A DNA stretch of 64,000 bases from Mobula hypostoma (GCF_963921235.1 NC_086114.1:31992001-32056000); one strand, 5' to 3'; numbered from the stretch's first letter, positions 1 through 11,675 are shown. A program made the numbers and translations. The notes: generated by a model not told the origin, from the letters alone.

Positions 1-177
1 GTAAAGTGTTTCTTGAATCTTAAAGGCTACAATTTAGTCTATGCACTTTGAGCTACTTCCACCCCCAGCATCAATACACCCTGCATTAAGGCAGTAAGTG
101 GGAATAACAAATAATTAAATGTCCGTTACAAGAGCTTTAGGAATAATCAGTAAATATCAATTTGTCAATTCAATTCC

Positions 178-179
<2 letters not shown>

Positions 180-225
<46 letters not shown>

Positions 226-248
226 CCCCCCCTCCCCTCCCCCCCCCC
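180..248. repeat. (TC)n microsatellite followed by a C-rich run
   Basis: About 22 TC units at 180-223, then a near-pure C tract to 248. Confidence 0.95.
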
Positions 249-775
249 ATAGAAACATAGAGAACCTACGGCACAATACAGGCCCTTCGACCCACAAAGT
301 TGTGCCGAACATGTCCCTACCTTAGAAATTACTAGGGTTACCCATAGCCTCTATTTTACTAAACTCCATGTACCTGTCCAAAAGTCTCTTAAAAGACCCT
401 ATCATATCCGCCTCTACCACCGTTGTTGGCAGCCCATCCACGCACTCACCACCTTCTGCGTAAAAAAACTTATCCCTGACATCTCCTCTGTACCTACTCC
501 CCAGCACCTTAAACCTGTGCCCTCTTGTGGCAGCCGTTTCCGTCCTGGGAAAAAGCCTCTGACTATCCACACAATCAATGCCTCTCGTCATCTTATACAC
601 CTCTATCACGGCACCTCTCATCCTCCGTCACTCCAAGAAAAGACCGAGTTCACTCAACCTGTTTTCATAAGGCATGCTCCCCAATCCAGGCAACATCCTT
701 GTAAATCTCCTCTGCACCCTTTCTATGGTTTCCACATCCTTCCTGTAGTGAGGTGACCAGAACTGAGCACAGTAC
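248..775 (-). mobile_element. CR1 LINE 3' fragment (5'-truncated)
   Basis: Reverse-complemented CR1 tail (CATAGAAACATAGA). Minus ORF 322-621 encodes the CR1 ORF2 C-terminus (RGAVIEVYKM...TRGHRFKV...FKRLLDRYM). Confidence 0.9.
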
Positions 776-869
776 TCTCTTCTTCTTTCTCTCTCCCTCG
801 CTCTTTCTCTCTGTCCCTCTCTCTCCTCCTCTCTCCCTCTGTCCCTCTCTCTCCTCCTCTCTCCCTCTC
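775..869. repeat. CT-rich low-complexity tract
   Basis: Imperfect (CT)n with repeated CTCTGTCCCTCTCTCTCCTCCT units. Confidence 0.85.
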
Positions 870-990
870 AAATCAGCACAATTTAGTTACACAAAGCTTC
901 GGGGAAACTAGAGATTTTAACTTTCAATGGTGTAAACAGTTATTGCAATTCCCATTTTCCCATACTTATGAAGTGAGGCTTTGTGGATGA

Positions 991-1250
991 GGTAGCATGG
1001 TGGTTAATGTAACAAATTGCAGTGCCAGCGATCACCAGCCAGGGTTCGATTCCCACTGCTGCTGTAAAGAGTTTGTTCGTTCTCCCCATGACTGCGTGGG
1101 TTTCCTCTGGGTGCTCTGGTTTCCTCCTACATGCTAAGGATGAATGTGGTGACACTTGCAGGCTGCTCCCAGCACAATCCTCACTGATTTGATTTGACAG
1201 AAACACTACATTTCAATGTACAGGAGACAAATAAAACTAAGCTTTATCTT
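991..1250 (+). mobile_element. tRNA-derived V-SINE/HE1-type SINE
   Basis: B box GGGTTCGATTCC and central core GGGTTTCCTCTGGGTGCTCTGGTTTCCTCC. Related decayed copies lie near 17520-17680(-), 18610-18760(+), 24990-25150(+), 38440-38620(-), 39330-39560(+), 54470-54650(-), 54660-54870(+) and 62780-63000(-). Confidence 0.8.
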
Positions 1251-2056
1251 ACACTCTCTAAAGCTTTTCTACAAAGGTACAGTTAGTAGAGCTGCTGTCT
1301 AACAGGCTGAGGGACCTGAATTCAACACTCATTTGTCAATTGCTGGGAACTTTTGGACTGCTCTAGTGGTGTAAAGTATTGTGGCTCTCTGAAGATTTAC
1401 ATAGATATTGCTGTGTAGCCCTAATTGTTTAATGCTATTGTTTAATATACCCTGTTCATGTTCCAAAGTCTTTCAATTCCCTCTTCTAATTCATCATATT
1501 TCTGGTGTTTTTCACTATTGATTTCAGTAAGTTGTGTGTGTCTGAAATGGCTATATCCGTTAAGTAAGCTGTTCTTGCTAGTTTATCCTGTATTATTATA
1601 TCTGGATGGTTATAATGGATTGGCCTATCTGTAATAATAGATCAGTCGTAATATAACTTGTTGGATTCTGACTCTAAAATTGGATCAGGCTTGTATTTAT
1701 AGTAAGGTGTGTTTTCTTTTGTGAGTTTGTATTTTAAAACAAGATTTTGGAGAATGATGTTAACCACTTGATTGTGCCTGTGCAAGTAATCAGATTGAAT
1801 TAAAATGCTACAGGATCCTGTAACGTGTTAGAACATTTCTGTCTTTTTCTAGGTATTTTCTACATTTATCATCTTGAATTTGTTGATCTTTTATTATGTA
1901 TTTTTGATACTTTTTTTGTGTTAACCACCTGGTCCTGTATTGCCACAAGGAACCCCTCTGTTTCTGCGAAGAAGAGTCCAACTCTGAGCCGGGTGTTCGA
2001 CGTTTCCTTGTCAACATCTAGTCTGCTCAAATCATGGAGACGTCTTCCAAAGAGGG

Positions 2057-2257
2057 TCATAGAAACACAGAAAACCTACAGCACAGTACAGGCCCTTTGG
2101 CCCACAATCCTCTCTTGAACATGTACTTACCTAGGGTTACCCATAGCTCTCTATTTTTCTAAGCTCCATGTACCTATCCAGGAGTCTCTTAAAAGACCCT
2201 ATCATATCTGCTTCCACCTCTGTTGCTGGCAGCACATTCCACGCACTCACCACTCTC
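2057..2257 (-). mobile_element. CR1 3' fragment (host of the large + strand CR1; remainder at 5049-5066)
   Basis: Same family as 248-775 (CATAGAAAC...TACAGCACAGTACAGGCCC). It resumes as AAAACTGTGCCCTCTC after the nested CR1. Confidence 0.8.
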
Positions 2258-5049
2258 TGCACCAGGGATGGGAGCTCAACGTTCAGGGATATTCAATATT
2301 CAGGAGGGATAGACATGAAGGAAGGGGAGGTGGGGTGGCGTTGCTGGTTAAAGAAGAGATTAACGCAATAGAAAGGAAGGACATAAGCCGGGAAGTTGTG
2401 GAATCGATATGGGTAGAGCTGCGTAACACTAAGGGGCAGAAGACGCTGGTGGGAGTTGTGTACAGGCCACCTAACAGTAGTAGTGAGGTCGGAGATGGTA
2501 TTAAACAGGAAATTAGAAATGTGTGCAATAAAGGAACAGCAGTTATAATGGGTGACTTCAATCTACATGTAGACTGGGTGAACCAAATTGGTAAAGGTGC
2601 TGAGGAAGAGGATTTCTTGGAATGTATGCGGGATGGTTTTTTGAATCAACATGTCGAGGAACCAACTAGAGAGCAGGCTATTCTGGATTGGGTTTTGAGC
2701 AATGAGGAAGGGTTAATTAGCGATCTTGTCATGAGAGGCCCCTTGGGTAAGAGTGACCATAATATGGTGGAATTCTTCATTAAGATGGAGAGTGACATAG
2801 TTAATTCAGAAACAAAGGTTCTGAACTTAAAGAGGGGTAACTTTGAAGGTATGAGACGTGAATTAGCTAAGATAGACTGGCAAATGACACTTAAAGGATT
2901 GACGGTGGATATGCAATGGCAAGCATTTAAAGGTTGCATGAATGAACTACAACAATTGTTCATCCCAGTTTGGCAAAAGAATAAATCAAGGAAGGTAGTG
3001 CACCCGTGGCTGACAAGAGAAATTAGGGATAGTATCAATTCCAAAGAAGTAGCATACAAATTAGCCAGAGAAAGTGGCTCACCTGAGGACTGGGAGAAAT
3101 TCAGAGTTCAGCAGAGGAGGACAAAGGGCTTAATTAGGAAGGGGAAAACAGATTATGAGAGAAAACTGGCGGGGAACATAAAAACAGACTGTAAAAGCTT
3201 TTATAGATATGTAAAAAGGAAAAGACTGGTAAAGACAAATGTAGGTCCCCTGCAGACAGAAACAGGTGAATTGATTATGGGGAGCAAGGACATGGCAGAC
3301 CAATTGAATAATTACTTTGGTTCTGTCTTCACTAAGGAGGACATAAATAATCTTCCAGAAATAGTAAGGGACAGAGGGTCCAGTGAGATGGAGGAACTGA
3401 GTGAAATACATGTTAGTAGGGAAGTGGTGTTAGGTAAATTGAAGGGATTGAAGGCAGATAAATCCCCAGGGCCAGATGGTCTGCATCCTAGAGTGCTTAA
3501 GGAAGTAGCCCAAGAAATAGTGGATGCATTAGTGTTAATTTTTCAAAACTCGTTAGATTCTGGACTAGTTCCTGAGGATTTGAGGGTGGCTAATGTAACC
3601 CCACTTTTTAAAAAAGGAGGGAGAGAGAAACCGGGGAATTATAGACCGGTTAGCCTAACGTCGGTGGTGGGGAAACTGCTGGAGTCAGTTATCAAGGATG
3701 TGATAACAGCACATTTGGAAAGCGGTGAAATGATCGGACAAAGTCAGCATGGATTTGTGAAAGGAAAATCATGTCTGACGAATCTCATAGAATTTTTTGA
3801 GGATGTAACTAGTAGAGTGGATAGGGGAGAACCAGTAGATGTGGTATATTTGGATTTTCAAAAGGCTTTTGACAAGGTCCCACACAGGAGATTAGTGTGC
3901 AAACTTAAAGCACACGGTATTGGGGGTAAGGTATTGGTGTGGGTGGAGAATTGGTTAGCAGACAGGAAGCAAAGAGTGGGAATAAACGGGACCTTTTCAG
4001 AATGGCAGGCGGTGACTAGTGGGGTACCGCAAGGCTCAGTGCTGGGACCCCAGTTGTTTACAATATATATTAATGACTTGGATGAGGGAATTAAATGCAG
4101 CATCTCCAAGTTTGCGGATGACACGAAGCTGGGTGGCAGTGTTAGCAGTGAGGAGGATGCTAAGAGGATGCAGGGTGACTTGGATAGGTTGGGTGAGTGG
4201 GCAAACTGATGGCAGATGCAATTTAATGTGGATAAATGTGAAGTTATCCACTTTGGTGGCAAAAATAGGAAAACAGATTATTATCTGAATGGTGGCCGAT
4301 TAGGAAAAGGGGAGGTGCAACGAGACCTGGGTGTCATTATACACCAGTCATTGAAAGTGGGCATGCAGGTACAGCAGGCGGTGAAAAAGGCGAATGGTAT
4401 GCTGGCATTTATAGCGAGAGGATTCGAGTACAGGAGCAGGGAGGTACTACTGCAGTTGTACAAGGCCTTGGTGAGACCGCACCTGGAGTATTGTGTGCAG
4501 TTTTGGTCCCCTAATCTGAGGAAAGACATCTTTGCCATAGAGGGAGTACAAAGAAGGTTCACCAGATTGATTCCTGGGATGGCAGGACTTTCATATGAAG
4601 AAAGACTGGATGAACTGGGCTTGTACTCGTTGGAATTTAGAAGATTGAGGGGGGATCTGATTGAAACGTATAAGATCCTAAAGGGATTGGACAGGCTAGA
4701 TGCAGGAAGATTGTTCCCGATGTTGGGGAAGTCCAGAACGAGGGGTCACAGTTTGAGGATAGAGGGGAAGCCTTTTAGGACCGAGATTAGGAAAAACTTC
4801 TTCACACAGAGAGTGGTGAATCTGTGGAATTCTCTGCCACAGGAAACTGTTGAGGCCAGTTCATTGGCTATGTTTAAGAGGGAGTTAGATATGGCCCTTG
4901 TGGCTACAGGGGTCAGGGGGTATGGAGGGAAGGCTGGGGCGGGGTTCTGAGTTGGATGATCAGCCATGATCATAATAAATGGCGGTGCAGGCTCGAAGGG
5001 CCGAATGGCCTACTCCTGCACCTATTTTCTATGTTTTCTATGTTTTCTA
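2258..5049 (+). mobile_element. CR1 (HER1-like) LINE, 5'-truncated, young
   Basis: APE endonuclease motifs ([17 protein letters not shown]) and RT motifs ([36 protein letters not shown]). 3' UTR with GGCCGAATGGCC-type hairpin and (TTTTCTATG)n tail at 5025-5049. Confidence 0.97.
2335..4950 (+). pseudogene. CR1 ORF2 (endonuclease + reverse transcriptase) interrupted by one in-frame TGA at 4207-4209
   Basis: ORFs 2335-4209 (624 aa) and 4216-4950 (244 aa) are in the same frame (offset 1881 nt). The N-terminus of the endonuclease is missing. Confidence 0.93.
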
Positions 5050-6130
5050 AAACTGTGCCCTCTCATGTCATGCTGTTCCATTGGTTAACTTTTTCTTCAA
5101 CAGTGAGAATTTCTTCATTTTTCTGGGTTGTTGTCTCATTTAAGTTTAGTGGTGTATATTTCTTATCAGAATTGCATACAGTATCATTGCGTGGAGTGCT
5201 GATTCCTGTTTTCAGTGATGAAAATACATCCTTAGAAGTTTACCTGACTGTTGTGTAGATTGTTAATGTCTGTTATTCCTCTCCCCCCTTTTGTCCTAGG
5301 TAGTGTTAAGCTAAGCACACTCGAGTGTACATAATGTTATATGAAAATTTGTCATTTCAGTTCTTATTTTTCTTTGTAAATTTTTCAGATTGGCTTTGGA
5401 CCAAGATATTATGCCTAAATAATGCATTAATATAGGTATAATGGAAGTGTTTATTGCCTTTGTTATATTTTTGCTGTTGAGCTCTGTTTGGCAGATTCCC
5501 TTAAGCCTTGAAGTAAATTCTGTCAAACTTAGTTTCTTTATCACACTATGATCTATTTTCTTTGCTTGTTGATATCCCAGATACTGTAATTATATGTTTC
5601 ATATTCATGCACTTCTGCTGCTCTTCTTTGTATTCTATTAGCTCTATTGCACCTTTCTTTATGTTTAATGTTCTGCATTTATCCAGTCCAAAGTTCATGT
5701 TTATATCTTTCAAAAATAGCTCTACTATTTGAATTAATTGCTTTAGCTTTAATGATGAAGGAGTATATAATTTCAAATTATCCCTGTATAGAAGGTGTGT
5801 TAAGGTATGGCTCATTTCATTGTTTCTGATTTGATACCCAATTTTCATCCAATTCAGTGAATTAAACAGCAGGTTTAAAACTAGACAGAACCACAGTGGA
5901 CTTAGAGAGTCTCCCTGGAAAATGCCTCAGTTTATTTTGAGAACAGTGGTTGTTCTTTTTTAGTTGTTAATAGATTGGCTGATTATAGTACACTGATGCT
6001 TCATCATATGTTGCAGGAATTTCACAAATATTGGGTGTAGTTTATATATTAACAACTTCTATTAACCATGAGTGTGGGACAGAATCAAATGCCTTTTGGT
6101 AGTCAATATAGTAACATAACATGAAAGATT

Positions 6131-6372
6131 GCAAGCAACACACATAAAAGTTGCTGGTGAACGCTGCAGGCCAGGCAGCATCTCTAGGAAGAGGTTCAGA
6201 TGACGTTTCGGGCCGAGACCCTTCGTCAGGACTCAATCCTGACGAAGGGTCTCGGCCTGAAACATTGACTATAGCCCTTCCTAGAGATGCTGCCTGGCCT
6301 GCTGCGTTCACCAGCAACTTTTATGTGTGTTGCTTGAAATTCCAGCATCTGCGGATTTCCTCGTGTTTGCGT
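6131..6372. mobile_element. Penelope-like (PLE) pLTR-derived fold-back insertion with 14-bp TSD
   Basis: About 100-bp arms in inverted orientation centred near 6234. TAACATGAAAGATT is duplicated at 6117-6130 and 6373-6386. A hammerhead core is present on each strand. Confidence 0.85.
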
Positions 6373-6639
6373 TAACATGAAAGATTCCTGCTTTTCTGCC
6401 AGGCTTGACTTAGAATTATGGAATCTGTTATCAGTTGTTCTTTACATCCTTGCATACCCTAGCAGCAACCCTTTTGCTCTTCTGTGCATATATTGTGGTT
6501 ATCTGAGTGAGTGATGATCAGTTGCGAGACACGCGATGTTACGAGTTTATATATAGTTTGAGAACAAGTAATCGGAATAATAACAATAATAATCATCATC
6601 GGTATATTAGATCAATATAATAATAATGTTATTATTTTA

Positions 6640-7322
6640 TCCAGGACCTTGAAGCAATTCCCTCACTTCACACTTGCCTGTAACTTATTACCTATTCTCT
6701 TTCACTGTAACTTGCAACCACCTCCATTACATCGAAGGGTTAGCAAGGTGTCTCACCAATGTTGCAACAAGCTGCGATACTTTCTGTTGCATTTGTGCCA
6801 AGTATACGCTTAAATCTCAAAGACAGAGCATGACTCCTCTTATTAAGAAAGCCTATGAGCTCTACTTCAGGGGTAAAATTGGCGACCAAGACAAACCCTA
6901 GGCTCCGCACATTTGTTGCATTCCCATTTAGACATCTTTCCCGCAAATCTTGTTGCTGTCAGTGATGAGCATGGTGAAAGGTTTCAACAGGATATTGCAG
7001 CCATGGAGAAACAGTATCAGGGCAACTGGAATACATCATTGCTGACTGATTATTGCTGGGCACTTAAAGCGAGAAGCTTCAGACACTGATTACAAATGAA
7101 AATCATCAACAAAATATTTTTAGCTTAGTTGAACTATTACAAAACATCAGCACTGTTATGCAACTAAACACTTTATATGCAATAAAAGTTAATTTCTTGT
7201 TTCTCCAAATTCCTACATGATACATGTAGTCTGAAAATATATTTGTGCTCAGCTTCAATCGGTCTATCATAACCAAAAAAAAATTATTCTGAAAAAATTT
7301 CAAAAAAATTTGTTTTCCAGTG
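6640..7322 (+). mobile_element. Internally deleted Chapaev3/CMC-like DNA transposon
   Basis: N-terminal CDTFCCIC...KIGDQDKP*APHICC is fused to C-terminal LHSHLDIFPANL..VSDEHGERFQQDI..MEKQYQGNW...DYCW. The right end TGTTTTCCAGTG is the reverse complement of CACTGGAAAACA. No left end found. Confidence 0.65.
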
Positions 7323-8029
7323 ATATGGGCCAAGCTTGGGAAAATCGGACTAGCTTTGAGGGAACCTCTGCTGGCATTGACTAGATGGGCCAAAGGGCTC
7401 ACGATTTCTCAGGCTCTCCAAGCCCTATCAGGAAGTCTGCTGTCGTCACATAGTACTTAGCATTGGAAATACCAGTATGAATCATGGCATTCCTTAAAAA
7501 CATTGAGCTTTCTGTCCAATAAATTGTGCAGGCCTTGCAGCTACTAAAATTGTTCGGTGCTGGTCATGAATCACATGCATGGATTGCTGTGACTCAAGAC
7601 TAATGTCTCTTCTTTCTGCATACTGTTACTTGATCACTTGACACCAGGGAACTTACATATTTAAAGGCTGAGAAGGAATACTTTTATTGCAAGCTAGCCC
7701 TTCTCTTTGTATCTTGACAAAATAAAATCCTGTACCTACATCGTAGCCTCATAACCCCAAAATGCTTTAAAGCAATGATGTACTTTTAGAAGATTTTTCC
7801 AGGCAGTACTGTTAGTTTCTGTCACAGATCAGAAAAGTTTCTTCAGTTCTGAGAGGTGCTTATTAACAACCCACACCATATTCTCTTGGCAATCCACTAT
7901 GTAAGTTAGGTGGGGGAGACTTAAGCAGAAGAGGAACAATCTTTGGAGTGTAGGGGTGCAATTTGACCAACACTGCACTCAGAGTGAAACTAATAACCCA
8001 CAGAGGCCAGGTAAACAGTCATGGCCACC

Positions 8030-8270
8030 CAGCTATCTTCCCCTCAACTGGTCCCGCCTATCTCCTGCCAACTTGTACTCCTCCCCCTCCCCCCCCACCT
8101 TCTTATTCTGCCTTCTTCCCCATCTTCTCCAGTCCTGCAGAAGGGTCTCGGCCCAAAACATCGACTGTTTATTCCCTTCCATAGATACTGCCTGGCTTGC
8201 TGAGTTCCTCCAGCATTTTCTGTGTGTTGCTCAAGATTTCCAGCATCTACAGAAATACTTGTGTTTGCAA
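8030..8270 (+). mobile_element. Penelope pLTR remnant with decayed hammerhead motif
   Basis: CAGTCCTGCAGAAGGGTCTCGGCCCAAAACATCGACTG followed by GATACTGCCTGGCTTGCTGAGTTCCTCCAGCA. A similar remnant lies at 8613-8750. Confidence 0.75.
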
Positions 8271-9775
8271 CATGCCCAGTTATTGTTTGGGAGGTCAGTC
8301 ACTTGACATTCAGTAGTGGACAAGGCCCAAGTCATCATGAGCTTCTGAACAGGCCTTAAAACAGTTGGGGAGGACAGCAGTCAATAGTGAGACATATGGA
8401 TTGGTGGGTTAGGGGCTTTGAGTCTCGTTCAGACTGGGAATCTATAGTTATGGGTTAGCTATATAGTGTGAGCTATATAGAGTTGGGAGATTGGTGGATG
8501 GACACTGCATAAAGTCCCTAAATTTCACTCACATTGTCTTTCTTCAAAATTATTTTGCATTGCATGCAATGCCTCTGCAAACAATGCAGTTTCTAGTTAA
8601 CACCCAGGTACCTAGTCCAGATGAAGGGTCTTAAGACAAAATGTCGACTGTCCATTTCCTACCATAGATGTTGCTTGACCCACCATATTCCTCCAGGGCC
8701 TTTGTGAGTGTTTCTCCAGATTTCCAGCAGCTGCAGTCTCTTGTGTCTCTTTCTAGCGAAAGATTTCAGACTTTGAGGTGTAACGGTGGTGGGCAGGTTT
8801 CTCAGCCGCTCGGAAAATGTGAGACCCTATGGCCAGAATCTGATTTCTGGCATCCCACATGGTCAGATGCAACTTGCAGTTTTTCACAGAGTTTTATGTC
8901 CTATCAGAAGAGTTGATCTTTGAATGGCTAAGTGCTGGTGACTGGCCAGTGCTGAACTCATTCATATCGCAGTGTGTTCAAGGAACAAAAAGCACGAGTT
9001 CCCTGTCGACTGTAGTTCTCTCTGATGTTTGTAAAATGTGTGAAAGTAGTCTCTCACTTTTTGGATGCAATACAGTGGAAGTGTAAGAGTCTAGTTTAGT
9101 ACGCCAGGAAATGGAAGATATCTGATCCCTTTCATAAGGAATGGATCAGCTACCTCCTAACCACAGCCTGACATTCTCCATTGTAGCAAAATTATCTTAC
9201 GAGGTCTATGTGAATATAGTCTCTCTATTCCCAGCAACTTTGGGATGCAATACAGCTGAAGTATAAAAGACTCCAGCATACTTCTGTGTGTCTGTGTGTG
9301 CCTGTATGTGTCTGTGTCTGTTATCTCTTCCTCCACAATTCTTCCTTTCCACCCTCCTCACCCCCACAACAATCCTCATTAATTCTAACGAGCCTTTGCA
9401 ATAGGAAACTGACCATTAATTTTTTTTTGTCTGCATGAAGATAGATGTGGTGAAGGAGATGAGTGTGTGAGTTCCCCACCAGTGGGTCTGGTGTCTGGCA
9501 TTCTACCCACACATATCTCACAGCACAGACAGTGAGTAACGGAGAACGGCTGCGTGCTGATGATCTGTCTTCACAAAAATCATTTGGACTTCCCCAGTGT
9601 GACTTTTGATTTGAACGGAGCAGGATTTACAGAGCACACAGCTACTCCATGCTTCTCTGTTCTCACTACTCAGCTGGGAATGTTTTCTCTGCTGTGACCT
9701 CTAGTTAAAAGATAGCATCGGATTGCCTCTGGACTGTCGATTTTGTCTCAGACTGTATCCTGTATACTAGAGCAG

Positions 9776-9782
<7 letters not shown>

Positions 9783-9816
<34 letters not shown>
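9783..9816. repeat. (GA)17 microsatellite
   Basis: Perfect GA run about 40 nt upstream of ATG 9858. Confidence 0.95.
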
Positions 9817-9817
<1 letters not shown>

Positions 9818-9857
9818 GACATCTATTGTGCCTTTGATATCTAGCAGATTCACAATA

Positions 9858-9909
9858 ATGCCTTTCTTCTCTGGAAAATACATCAAGAAGAGAATAGGCT
9901 TCAATGGAG
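9858..9909 (+). CDS. ARHGAP22: Putative alternative first coding exon of ARHGAP22 (MPFFSGKYIKKRIGFNG + 1 nt)
   Basis: ATA-ATG start with A at -3, 17 codons + G, then donor GAG|GTAAGC. The phase-1 end joins in frame to exon 30855. It lies in a TE-free island. It resembles, from memory, the 17-aa MPF-starting basic N-terminus of the short mammalian ARHGAP22 isoform. Confidence 0.7.
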
Positions 9910-10329
9910 GTAAGCTTCTCTTTCTGAGGGCCGATTCAGTGCTGCTCAGAAATTCAAAATATTTTTATTGAATTCTTCATTAAATGGCAATGTGCAGTTT
10001 TGGAAAAGGAAATCTACAGTATATTAATACCAGATCTCATTGACATGTGAAGCTTGCTTAGGGACTTTTAACTCTGTGAGGCTGCACTTAACAATTTGAA
10101 AAGGTTTTCAGTTTACTAATTATTTGTGGATATCTAAAGCTTGTTTCCAACAATGGTCAATGTTTTGTTGAATCTATACTGGCACTCTGTTATCCCTCTG
10201 TGTGCAGGGGATATTGCAGTGCATTCCCAAAGTTACGACTGGCATCTACCTCTCTGGGCCCTTCAGAGGTATAGTACAACACCCAATCCAGGATGAAGTG
10301 GAACAGCCCACTTTTTAAACATTGGGAAG

Positions 10330-11230
10330 GTTAAATTTCTGGAGCCCGGAACATTGCCATGCCTCTCCCTGGTCACTCCCTGAGGAAGAGCCTGTGTCTA
10401 TCTCATTGACAGTGAACTGGGTGGGATGTTTTACTGCAGTAGAGCTGTGTGGCCACAATGGACCAGCTTTCTGCTTTTTCTGTCCGTCACAAAAATAGCC
10501 CACTACCACCTCCAAATATCCACGCCTGTGTTGGCCATACACCCATATACTCTTACCTCAAGGTTTGAGCCCGAGCGAGCTGGAGGCTGGAGGTCCAGGG
10601 ATGGCCTGTCCTCGGGTTGGATGACTACCGACGGGTGTGGGAGGAAGGGGGCCTGTTTTGCTGTTGTTGTTTTGTCGCTGCGGTTCTGCTGTTGCTTGTA
10701 TGTTCAGCAAATATGGTGGGCATGTTATGTTGGCGCCAAAATGTGTGGTGACACTCGCTGCACCCACGCATCATTGTGTTGGTTGTTAACACAAACAATG
10801 CATTTCACTCTGTGTGATAAATAAATGAATGAATGGCTCTATCAATGTTCTCCTGACTGCCTCCTCTATTCCTTCGACATCAACTCAAGCTCACCCTTTA
10901 TCCTACATGGTGCTGTCCCATTTACCCACCCACCCATCACTCTTACCTTGGCTCTCAGGCCAGGAGAACAACCTTAGTTGTAAGATTCTTATCCCCTGTC
11001 ATTATCCCTCAGCCCTCAGCCCTGATCCTATCCATACAATGCCCTGCGAGACCTTCTGAGAATTCCCTTCTCCCCTCAGTTCCAGCCTCCCATGATTTCC
11101 TTTGCTCTACCAGAATTCGAATCAGAATCAGGTTTATTGTCACTGGCATTGGTTGGGAAATCTGACATTTTCCACTGCTGTGCATTTAGCTCTGGCCTAA
11201 ACTCTTGACTTCCCCCTTTAGAGCTCTCTG
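10330..11230 (+). mobile_element. Decayed Penelope-like RT remnant with a younger repeat inserted at ~10560-10835
   Basis: C-rich, degenerate PLE-like coding remnant. The insert ends ATAAATAAATGAATGAAT and shares its 3' module with ~63640-63905. Confidence 0.45.
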
Positions 11231-11404
11231 CTCTCAATGTCCTTCTTTATGACCATAACGAGAACAAATGGGATGGGTGCAGATGGACGAAAAGGTCAGC
11301 ATGGCAACGATGGGCCGAAGAGTCAGTTTCTGTGCTCCACAGCTCCATGCCTCCCTGAGGCCATGGAAAACCCCTTTTGTTGACCAACACCTTGTTTAGT
11401 CAGA

Positions 11405-11672
11405 GGAGACAGAAAAGACTGCAGATACTGTCTGATCCTGCACACAATGAAGCTGAAGGAACTCAGTGGGTCGGGCAGCATCTGTGGAGGGAAATGAGCA
11501 GTCAACATTTTGGATCAAGACCCTTCATCAGGACTGGAAAGCCTGATGAAGAATTGAGTCAGAATCAGATCAGGTTTATCCCTGAAGTGGTCTTGAAGAA
11601 GGGTCTTGGCCCAAAACGTCAACTGTCTATTCATTTCCATTGATGCTGCCTGACCTGCTGAGTTCCCCCAGC
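11405..11672. mobile_element. Older inverted Penelope pLTR pair
   Basis: Minus copy with AGACCCTTCATCAGGACTGG (~11520-11538) and plus copy GAAGGGTCTTGGCCCAAAACGTCAACTG...GATGCTGCCTGACCTGCTGAGTTCC. Confidence 0.7.
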
Positions 11673-11675
11673 GTT

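Larger units (their letters stand above)
1328..6575 (-). mobile_element. Dong/R4-clade (REL-endonuclease) non-LTR retrotransposon, decayed and split by later insertions
   Basis: Minus-strand fragments in the expected order: PITCSQTIYKL (~6575), YIDYQKAFDSVPHSWL (~6070-6115), LTHLLYRDNLKLY (degenerate YMDD), WNSMT|LFGR, ETEGFLVAIQDQVVNT, CCHC-like HVTGSC...YLHRHNQVV and REL motif HPDIII...DIA. The ORF ends near 1328. Confidence 0.8.

Noticed and set aside
2646-4973. Several antisense ORFs within CR1 (also 49179-50538)
   Set aside because: Shadow frames of LINE ORF2.
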